From NCBI RefSeq assembly GCF_000143415.4, contig NW_003314336.1, positions 903,470 to 967,469 of the forward strand: 64,000 nucleotides of DNA, in the 5' to 3' direction. A program made the position numbers and the translations under genes. Below the pieces are notes generated by a model. It was given only the letters and a program-made list of their open reading frames with translations. It ran no database searches and was not told the origin of the DNA. Shown here piece by piece: positions 46,851 through 57,316 of the stretch (position 1 is the stretch's first letter; the number at the start of each line of letters is the position of its first letter). The DNA is from Selaginella moellendorffii. Taxonomy: Eukaryota; Plantae; Lycopodiophyta.

Positions 46851-47461
46851 TATAGCGCATGTAATCATGAGATGAAATTTGGATATACTATCATTATGGA
46901 TCTTTGGAACCTTGGAGGATAAATGGGGATAAAATAGCCACTAAAGGCTCTCTCATCAAGCAATTGCCCCTTTTCCAATTAGCTTAAGGAGAGAGAGATA
47001 AAGTGTGCTACAGTTGGTATCAGAGCAAATGGCACGGGTTCGATTCTCATTGATTAGTGGCTACTTAAAAATATAATATACCCTTGAGCAAGGTATATTC
47101 CTACCCCTAAATTTGAAATCGTATGTATTGGGCATCCATGCGTACGTCCTTCCTCTTGTGTGGAGTATTCACGAATGAAAGTATCCACCGTGGGACTGCG
47201 GTATAGGTGGATGATTAGTTGCCTTATATGAAATAATTGGTCTACATAATGGAAGGATTGGTAGATTTAGTGCGGAAATGGAGGTGCTAATTCACCTTGG
47301 CTCAGTAGGGTTGTTAGTCAATAGTCAATAAAGACATTGACATCTCTGAAAGGGGGGGGTGAGTGTAGCGCATGTGATCATGGGATGAGATTTGGATATA
47401 CTGTCACCGTGGATCCTTGGAATCTTGGGGGATAAATGGGGATAAAATAGCCACTAAGGGC
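46851..47461 (+). mobile_element. Non-5S TRIM 'B' inserted in the 3' LTR of element A
   Basis: LTR 46851-47012; PBS TGGTATCAGAGC at 47015-47026; PPT gaaaggggggggtgag; second LTR from 47364, 3'-truncated. Confidence 0.82.
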
Positions 47462-47569
47462 CCGAAGATGGACTAGAGATGGAGTCTGAGACCAAGACCG
47501 AGACCGAGACTGGGATCAGGACCGAGGCCGAGTTGGAGTCCCAGTCCGAGTTCGAGTCAGAGGGTGAAA

Positions 47570-47866
47570 GCGCAAAGCATTCATCTCCCAGACCCTAGGG
47601 GGTTTGGTGAGCTCCAAAAGTATAGTAAGGGGAGGACTCCAATGGAGCCAATTTAGCTAGGAAAGGGCCTGGGCCAACATTCGTCTCCCAGACCCTGGGG
47701 GGTTTGGTGAGCTCCAAAAGTATAGTAAGGGGAGGACTCCAATGAAGCCAATTTAGCTAGGAAAGGCCTGGGCCAGCATTCATTTCCTAGACCCTGGGGG
47801 GTTTGGTGAGTTCCAAAAGTATAGTAGGGGGAGGACTCCAGTGGAGCCAATTTAGCTAGGAAAGGC
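47570..47866. repeat. About 2.5 tandem copies of a ~118-bp unit inside the 3' LTR of element A
   Basis: cattc.t.tcc.agaccct.gggggtttggtgag.tccaaaagtatagta...gagccaatttagctaggaaagg is repeated three times. Confidence 0.88.
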
Positions 47867-50800
47867 CAGTTTGGCCTAGGAAGGCTGTACCTAGGTGTTG
47901 GGTGATGGGATAACCACTAGGAAGTTCAAGGCTAAACTGAATATAGACCAACAAGTGGGGTAGCTTGGTGAAGTGTTCAAAAGCCATCTCTAGTTCCCCC
48001 GGGAGATCAAATGGCCGATGCTCCCAGTCCAAGTGTGGGTGGCACTACCTACTTGGATACCTGGCGTGGCTCAACGAAACCTCACTCTAACCCCAGGCAG
48101 AAGGTGGGGAGAATACCCATAAGGCTCGCGTAAAGCTATGGTGTTCCAAAATGTTGTCCCAAAGTCCCAGACTATGGAAAGGAAGAGGAGTGGTCCTCTG
48201 GTGTAGTGACTAATGATATAGTCATGTGATGAGGAAGTCCTATAGGACAGTAAGACTTAGTGGTCGGGCCTATGGGCCTTGTCCCAGTAACAGTGTTGGC
48301 AAACACGGCCATGGACAGAAAAGTGACTTGGTGGGGACTATAAAAGGGATATTGGGGAAGGTTGTTCCCCATGTCTGTGAGCATCTTAAGGATGCTAAGA
48401 AATGGACCTAGAATGGTCACTCATGGACAGATGGCCCAGTCTTTAAGAGACAGGATTGTGATGCAAGTGGTGTTCGACCACTAGTGTGACCAAGGTGAAT
48501 GGGCATGGCCTTAACGTAACGGGCTGGTATGTCGATGGTACCTTGGGGTATTCGTCATGAGATCGGACACGTGGAGCACTTGGACTAAGTGCAATGGTTG
48601 AGTGGCATGGATGCCATTCTTGGGGCTAGCAAGTCCTTAAGTCCAAAATAGGACTTATGGAGGTTGTGAGTGAGATTCCTTCAAGTGATCGAAGGTGTGG
48701 TTAAGTGATTAAAGTAGAATGGAAAATTTAGTTGCTTACAGGCAATAGGGTGGGAGAGAGCACAAAAGCATCTGCTAGAAGGGGTGTTATTCTTATTTCT
48801 TCATTATCTTTTAAATTTAGATTGTAAAATGCAATGAAGATCGAAAGAAAGAGTAAATATAAGCACAACAATAATTAAAGTTCTAGATCTTGCAAAAAAC
48901 TAACTTTCCATCCACGACAATGCTTGCCAACTGTAGCGCACGTGGTTTTGACCCTTTATCCTATGGTGATTTACCATAGGATAACACCACAAAGCGGAAC
49001 CTAAACCCTCTTTGTGCCACATGACAGATGCCACGTGTCACATGCCACGTGTCCATAGGAACCCGAGGTTCAGGGCCTTGGGCCGCTGAACGAAGGAACG
49101 GTGCCAAACTCCCAAGCATGGGGCCAAGGAGTGATGGAACCGAACCACGGAGCAACTCCCGAGCATACATCCCAAGGAGCGAAGGGACAGGGGCCCAGAG
49201 CGACGACTTGGAACAGTCCTGGAGCAACCAGCATCCCAATGCCAGGACCAGCACGCAAAACGGAGCCAAATGAAGTCTGGCGCTATTTCGGCATACTGGT
49301 GGCCTAACGCGAGGATATGGGTACTCCACCAGCTAGCATGGAATGGAACTTGGGCTTAGACCCAAGCTGGACGCAGAACAAGGACAGGCACGCAAGCGGG
49401 AGCTAGACTATGCCTCAGGTTGGTCGGCCATGCCCAACTTACCCACTATCCCTACTATACATTTGGAACCCCCCACAGCCCCTCCTTGAGGAACACACGC
49501 TTTGGGCTTTCACCCCAAGCCTCCCTTAGTACCAGGAGTTAGTCTCTGGGATAAGCTCAAAATTTATTAAATATGGAATGTCCTTAGATTGCAAATTTGG
49601 ACACGGGACGAACACCATTGTGTTCAGGACGATCTCTACATTCCGTAGATATGCCAAATGAGCAAATATGGACACTTTCCATAAATAGCATCTGGGACGA
49701 ATTGAGACTAACACAAAGGGCATGATAGTGAGGGTGTTTGGCAGACACGGTAAGCTATCATCTAGCGATGTTGAGGGACCAATCTCAATATCGCGGGGGT
49801 TCTTGATACTAGCAAGTGCAAGCCAATGACTCAAGTTTCTCAAACTAGGCCGAGTATGCTCAGCAAGAAACACATAGGGTTCCTACCTTATGTTTATCCA
49901 ATCTAAGTGCATGGTCATTGACCAGTTTCTCAACTAGCTCAAGTGGGAACTGATAACGGGTCCAACAATACCGACCTCCTGCCATCGCGGCAGTAAGGTA
50001 AGAGTGTCCGTAAGGACTGGTCGACAGGTAACTTTCGATACCCGAAGTCACATTCGCGACACTCTCCCCCCCTTGGGAAGATCGACGTCCTCGTCGATGC
50101 ATACTCCAGTCTAGAATACCGCCAAGGAAACAACTCCAAAAAAAGTTCACGGTACTCACACTATGTGAGAAATGCACCAACTTAAATGAGTTAGGGGGTA
50201 ACCTCTTTGTCTAATGCGGATGCGCTACCAGCTCAGACACCTTCTGGCCGTCGCCGACAAGGAAATGACCAACGGAGTCAGCCACCCTTGCTGCTCTGGG
50301 TGTCACCCAGCTACAAAAGTGTGATATGCCCTGCCCGCAGAGACATAGAGAGAGAAGCCAGAGGCCCCAACCCTCCTGAGCAAAGAAACCAAACCCGTCG
50401 GTAAGGTTTAGATAGACTACTATCAACAGGCAATTTAGAGTTGTTTACACGGTCACGCCCTTGCACGGAATAAGGAACATCAACAAAGAGGCGGGTTATG
50501 TGACCAGTCGACAGTAGCTACCCCATAACTAGAGATTTCAACATGCACACGAAGTGCCGAAGCCAGTCTGCCTATACTGGCCCAAACTCAAAGATCAATA
50601 GATGGACAATATCAAAGTCATAGACAATGATATCTGAGAGTCTTAAATATCAGTGAATATATCTTAGATTAGAACACAAAAGTATTCCAAGTAAGTTATC
50701 ATCTGATAAACTAGTATTATAGTAGATAGGAACCACCAAGATCACTAACTTTGGAAAATATAAGATTCACCATCCAACAAAATTCAATAGCAAGTATATC

Positions 50801-53800
50801 ATCAAGGAAACTCAATGATGAAACTTAACTACCGAAGATGGTAGACAGTAAGCCAACAACTTACTAGAGAGAACTCAAAGAACACAAAGTATCATTGACT
50901 AACAAGCACAATGCTCGCGAATGTATCACCCAAAGGAAATAACATCCAAATCTATCAAAACTAACTCGAGCAACAATTAACAGAAGAGAATGAATGTGGG
51001 AAGACCAACAAACACTCATGCCTGCCAACAATCACAAAAGCCAATCTGAATAGATCCCAGCCAACAATACCAAGGAACTCAAGTTGCCTAAGCAAGTGTC
51101 AGCAACATCCTACTGACGTCTCAAACCCAAGAGACCAATCCAGAGCAAACCACAAAGAACATGTGGTATTGCGAAAAGCCAAAAGCCATCAAAAAGAACA
51201 ACTAACCATCATGAAAGATCATCAATCATCCCATTAATAAAGAGATGCAAAATCATCGTCTAAGAAGGAATCCACCATCCCAAAGAATAGCAAATCAATC
51301 TAGATCAACGATAATCAAGCAAAACCTCTGACAAAGATAATCAATTATCCCAGATGATAGTCAATCATCACCAATGATTGCTAGATGCAAATACTAACTT
51401 CAACATCGAAGCTAAAGAGCCAAAAATGCCTTCCCCGAATAACTCCGGACAAATGGAACAATGAGTATGAAAACTCAAAGAACCAAAAGCTCGAAGAAGC
51501 CTATAGCTAAGTCTTGCCTAATAATGATCACGAGTCTCATAGAAGCGAACTTCAATGCTAAAGAAGAAATCATGGTGCAACCCATAATATCTTCCTCAAC
51601 ACATCCATAAGCCAAACTTCATAATGCCAAAGCTAATGAAGAGCATTTCTGCATCAATCCAAAAGCTAAGCATAACGAAGCTATGCTTAACAAGTGATCA
51701 TCAAATGATCCTCCATGATGTAAGGAACCGACTCCCCAAGATGTCGTAGGCTAAAGGATCCCCAAAAGCTTGACCGAAATGACAAAGAGTTCATCGGATG
51801 AGACCAAGTTGAGGATCGAGTCCAAGACCGACTCTAGGACCGAGTTCGAGATAGAGTCCGGAATCGAGTCCGAGACCGACTCGGGGACTGAGTTCGAGTC
51901 CGAGTTCGAGACCGAGTTCGAGACGGAGTCCGAGATCCGAAATCGGGTCCGAGACCGAGTCCGAGGTCGAGTCCGAGGTCGGGTCCGAGATCGGGTCCGA
52001 GATCGAGTCCGAGACCGAATCCGAAGTCGGATCTGAAATCGGGTCCGAGATCGAGCCAGAGACTAAGTCCAAATACTAATACCGGTCAAGGGGTGAAAGC
52101 CCAATGCGTGTGTCTCCTGGGGGGGGGCTGTAGGGGGTTCCAAAAGTATAGTAGGGATAGTGAGGTCCAGGAACCAGTCTTGAAGGAACTCTCTAGTGGT
52201 GCTTCCAAACTGACTTGAGGTTGAGACTGGGGCCGAGGGGCCTTGGGTGGGAGTGAGCATGGGCCTGAGTGGTGCCGGAGGGGCCACCCAGGGAAGTGCT
52301 CAAGAGCACCTCCCACTCCCGAAAGGGAAACCGACTGCGGTGCTCCCAGCTCAGGTGGAGTGGTGCCCCACTTGAGTACCTTGTGGCTCATTGGTCCTTG
52401 CCCTTCCTAGGGGCTTGGGCCTTCCCTTCGGGATGGAAGTGGGGGGGTAGAGGTACCCATACCGGGCCGTTAGGCCACGGTGTTTCGCCCCGACGTCCCG
52501 AAGCAAGTGCTGCACCCAAGACTTGGGATTTAGAGGGTCCCATGATCAAGTCTTGTGGTACCAAGGGGTGTTAGGAATCTGGAGGCTTAGTGTGCTTGGC
52601 TGTTTGTGCCTGCGGGGAGTGTAGCCAAACCTTAAGTCCAGTCTAACCCGGGGAGGGGGATTGGGAGAGATTTGAGAATCCGTAGATGGATGGCTAACAC
52701 TCCGTTGCTCGTGCAGTAAGTAGCTGAAACCAAGTAGGACCAAGTAGGAGCTGGTACCATAGGCGGGAACCTTGGCGAGGGAACTTAGCACAAGCCAAGG
52801 CAGAGTTGGTCGGATAGACGAGGTAAGTTGGCAAATTGGAAAGGAAAAATTTGTGGCTTACAATTTGGTATCGGAGCCTCTTCCTCAGTTCTAGCGAAGG
52901 ATAGAGGCAGATTGCTGGGAGATGGCAAGGGCAAGACGTAAGCAAACCCAGGCAGAGACGGAACCTCCTCCAGAGCTGGAGCCTCCGGTCGAACAGGAGG
53001 CTATGGATGAGGAATCCTTGCATGAGGAGGACTCCAGTGAGGCAACTTCCAAACAGGAGTCTGGTGGTGAGGTTCGGTCATCCAAGGCTCGATTGGATGT
53101 TCTAGAAGGACAATTGGCACAGACTAATGCCCTGCTAGAGACTCTCGTACGCAAGCTAAAGCGTGACGAGAAGCAGAAGAAAAAGCAAAAGACTGCGGAT
53201 GCTGGCAGCGCAGAAGGTGCGGACCCTTCGGCAGGGACTGAGGCAAAACCAGACAAGGTCGAACAGACCGAAGTGGAATCAGTCCCTCAGGTAGTTCCCA
53301 AGTACAAACCAAAGCCCCCACCGGTCTTCAAGGGAGTGAACGACTATAAGGTGGTGGAGGATTGGTTTTACGATATGGAGGACTACTTCCGAGCGTTGCG
53401 ATTACTGAGCTCGGAGAAGGTCCCATGTGCAAAACCATACTTGGCAGATAATGCCAAGTCTTGGTGGAGAACGACAGAGGCCAACGAAGGACTGGTGGCC
53501 ACTTGGGAAATGATGAAAGCGAGGATCCGCGCAACTTACGTTCCTCCGAATGCTACTCTGCATCTAAGGGACGAGCTGAGTAGGCTGAAGCAGACTGGAA
53601 CCATTCAGGAGTATGTGAATGGGTTTATGGCAAAGAGGATACTTGTCACGGACATGGGGGATATGGATGCATTCCATGCCTTCATATCAGGTTTGCAAAC
53701 CTGGGCTTGCATTGCAGCGAAGTAATGCGGTGGAACCCGACCAACTACAAGGAAGTGTTGGATGCGGCCATCAAGGTGCATTTCAACGATAACCTGCGAA

Positions 53801-56800
53801 AGGGGAACACGACGGGGTCGGGATCCATGTTTAGCAAAGGGGCCAAACCAAGGGGAACGTTTAGCAGAGGGAAATTCAAGAAGAGTTTCTCTAAGAATGA
53901 GTCCTCGGGGTTCCGGAAAGGCAGATCCGGTGGCCAGCGAGCGAGTACGTGGGGGAGTCAAGCGAAAAGAGACAAACCCACGGATAAGAAGGTCAAGTCG
54001 TATAGCAGCGTGGGAAACAACGTATGCTACAACTGCGGTGAAGCGGGACACTTCTCGAGGGAATGTCCCTACCCAAAGAAGGCCAGAGCCAATATGGCCA
54101 TCAAGTCGGGTGAAGTCCAAACGGAGGTATGTGATCCAATCCCTAACTCAAAGTTACTCATTACACGAGAAACTTTGGTAGAGAGTCGTTCGCGACATCT
54201 ACTAGCCCTCCGAGGGAAGCTCAGAGGTAGCTTTGTTAAAATCCTTATTGACACGGGTGCTTCGGATAATTTTGTGGCTGCAGACATAGTCCGGCAAGCC
54301 GGACTAACGGTGCAGCGGCTAGGCGAACCAAGGACTATAGAGTTTGTTCAAGGTAGCCAAAGCACCGATGAGGTACTTCGACAAGCGAGAGTCGAAGTGG
54401 GGACTTGGAAGGTGGACATGGATTTCACCGTGTTGGAAATGGCGGGATTTGACGTGATCTTCGGAATGGACTGGTTCAATCGATTCGTGGTAGCCCTGCA
54501 TGGACAAGGTAGAAACCTTGTGGTACTGGCGAATGCCCAAGGAAGAAGATCTAGGGTGGAGGCCCAAGATCTAAAGGTAGGGCAAAGCAAGGCCAAAGAT
54601 TCCTGCTTAAACCTGGTGTCCACGAGAGGACAACTCACTAAAGGAACTAAGGTAGCCTTTTTGTGCTTACTCTCGGTGAAGAGTGACAAAAAGACAGGAA
54701 TGGAAGAAGTACCTTTAGTGATCCAGCGGGTGTTGGACCAATTCCAGGATACCATGTCGAAGGAGCTACCGGCGGGGCTACCCCCAGCACGACCGATAGA
54801 ACATAAGATTGAGCTGGTCGAGGGTGCTAAGGCAGTGGTTCGTCCCCCTTATCGTTTGAATGAAAAAGAACTCAAGGAGCTCAAGTGCCAACTAGAGGAG
54901 TTGGTGGACAAAGGGTATGTTAGGTTGAGCAAGTCGCCGTATGGGGCGCCGGTGTTATTTGTGAAAAAGAAAGATGGATCTATGCGCATGTGCATAGACT
55001 ACCGGTTGCTCAACAAGTATACAAAGAAGAACAAGTACCCTTTGCCAAGGATTGAGGACCTGTTCGATAGGTTGGGAAAGGCAAAATACTTCTCGAGGAT
55101 TGACCTAAGGTCAGGATACTACCAGATCAGGGTAGCCGAGGAAGATGTCGAGAAGACAACCTGTCGAACGAGGTATGGGAGCTTTGAGTTTCTGGTGATG
55201 CCCTTCGGGCTATGTAATGCGCCGGCAACGTTTTCGGTGCTAATGAACCACATCTTTGTACCCTATCTGGATCACTTCGTGGTCGTCTATATCGACGACA
55301 TCCTGATCTATAGCGAGACGCTAGAGGAGCATGCCAAACACTTGGCAAAGGTGTTTGAGAAACTAAGGGAACACAAACTGTATGCTAAAGAGAGCAAATG
55401 TGACTTTGCTCAACAAGAGGTAAAGTTTCTCGGGCATGTGGTGGGCCAGGACGGGCTCAAGGTGGACCCGGAGAAGGTCCAAGCGATCCAGGAATGGGAG
55501 CGACCATCCAATGTATACGAGTTGAGGGCATTCCTGGGGCTATGCAACTACTATCGAAAGTTTATCAGACACTATTCGAGAGTAGCCCTGCCCTTAACGG
55601 ACCAAACAGAAAAAGGGAAGATGGTGTGGACAGCGGAATGCGAGGCGGCATTTGTCCACCTCAAAGGGAAGTTGAGGAAGGCTCCCGTACTGGCATTACC
55701 AGACTTTGGTAAGGACTTTGAGGTAGAAACGGATGCTTCGGACTTTGCGTTGGGCGTAGTTTTGAAGCAAGACAACCATCCGGTAGCATTCTTCTCGAAG
55801 AAGCTGGACAAGGCTCAACGGAAGTGGCCTGCCCACGAGAAGGAATTGTTTGCGATGGTCAAGGCGCTCAAGGAGTGGCGACACTACCTTGGGAGACACT
55901 TCAAGGTTTACACGGACAATGTGGCAATGAAACACTTCTTGTCACAGCCCGACCTAAGAGGGAAACAAGGTCGGTGGGCCAATGCCTTGGCTGAGTTTGA
56001 TTGTGAGATTCTGTACAAGCCTGGGAAGAGCAACATTGTGGCGGATGCGCTAAGTTGAAAAGCGAGCTTGAGGTTGGCAATATCCAGCACAACAGCAACC
56101 TTCTGGGACGATGTGCGGACAGCATATGAGAACGATGGTCTAGCACAAGAAGTATTGCTGAGGAATCTAGAGGCGCGGGAAGCTCACCAGAGAGGTGAGC
56201 TGCCAACGGAAGAGAAAACGGGCTATGCGGAACGCAACGGACTCATCTATTACAAGCAAACGAGGGTGTATGTTCCAGAAGGGGAACTAAGGAAGGTGGC
56301 CTTAGAAGAGTGTCATGACGGACCTCTTGTGGGACACGGCGGAATGCCCAAGACGATGGGGTTACTCAAAAGGAAGTACCATTGGCCAAATATGGCTAAG
56401 GACGTCCAAGACTATGTAAAGACATGTCCAACATGTCAGCAGGTAAAAGCCGTGACTAAGGCTAGTGGGGGCTTGTTGCAAAGCATCCCAATTCCAGATC
56501 GCCCGTGGAAATGTCTTACGATGGACTTCATCATGGGACTCCCCCCGAGCGAGGGGTTTGATGCGATATTCGTGGTGGTGGACCGATTTTCGAAAATGGC
56601 ACATTTCATACCCACCAAAACGAAGGTGGATGCGGAAGGTGTGGCGAAGCTGTTCTTCGAACAAGTGGTTTGAGTGCGGGGAAGACCGGAAGAGATCATC
56701 TCAGATCGAGATAAGATCTTCACCAGTAGGTTCTGGAGGACTCTCCTAGAACAGTATCGCACCAAGTTGAAATTCAGCACAGCCTATCACCCACAGACAG

Positions 56801-56846
56801 GTATGGGGTATTAAGTCAAGTTGTTGGCACTAACACTTCTTGACAG
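56801..56846 (+). other. Putative spliceosomal intron 1 in integrase
   Basis: G|GTATGG...CTAAC...TTCTTGACAG|AC; removal restores HPQTDGQTERVN exactly. Confidence 0.85.
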
Positions 56847-57264
56847 ACGGACAAACAGAAAGGGTGAATAGGCAGCTGGAGGATTATTTGCGATGCCATG
56901 TCTCGGGAGACCAGACCGATTGGGTAAGTCATTTGGGACTTGCGGAAATGTGTTATAACAACTCACCACATTCGAGTATCGGGGTGAGTCCATGGGAAGT
57001 CATCAATGGGCGAGCTATTGAAGGTCTTGTGGAACTCGGCGTGGCCGAGTATCATGGAGAGTTGCCCGCAGTGGAGGCATTCACGGCGGAAAGACTCAGC
57101 ATTTGGAATCTAGTGAGGGATTCCTTGGAACGGGCTCAACAAATGCAAACCAAATATGCGAACCAGAAGCGTCGGGATGTAGAGTTCCAAGCTGGGGAGA
57201 AGGTGTGGTTGAACACCAAGAACCTCAGACTACCAAGTGGGATCAGCCGAAAGTTGACCCAAAG

Positions 57265-57316
57265 GTAAAGATGCATGTATTCCTGTAAATGAATTGATCT
57301 TGAGTTCCTTAAGCAA
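57265..57316 (+). other. Putative spliceosomal intron 2 before the GPY motif
   Basis: AG|GTAAAG, AT-rich; removal restores KLTQRFAGPY. The acceptor reads CAA (likely mutated CAG); an alternative AG at 57312-57313 is also in frame. Confidence 0.7.

Larger units (their letters stand above)
38828..48740 (+). mobile_element. Old LTR retrotransposon 'A' (decayed, hosts four nested insertions)
   Basis: 5' LTR 38828-40622 and 3' LTR 46483-48740 are homologous; PBS-like tggtattggagc after 40622; PPT aagtggtggagt before 46483; TSD AGCAA/GGCAA; no intact ORF. Confidence 0.82.

Noticed and set aside
47570-47866. CRISPR-like array
   Set aside because: Whole units repeat with no unique spacers; eukaryotic LTR context.
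48920-48931. PBS after the element D LTR (GTTGG on minus strand)
   Set aside because: The match stops after TGG, and a clear PPT on the other side marks this as a 3' LTR.
53700-53730. Programmed gag/pol ribosomal frameshift
   Set aside because: Explained by a TTGCA tandem duplication in mid-gag; no slippery heptamer.
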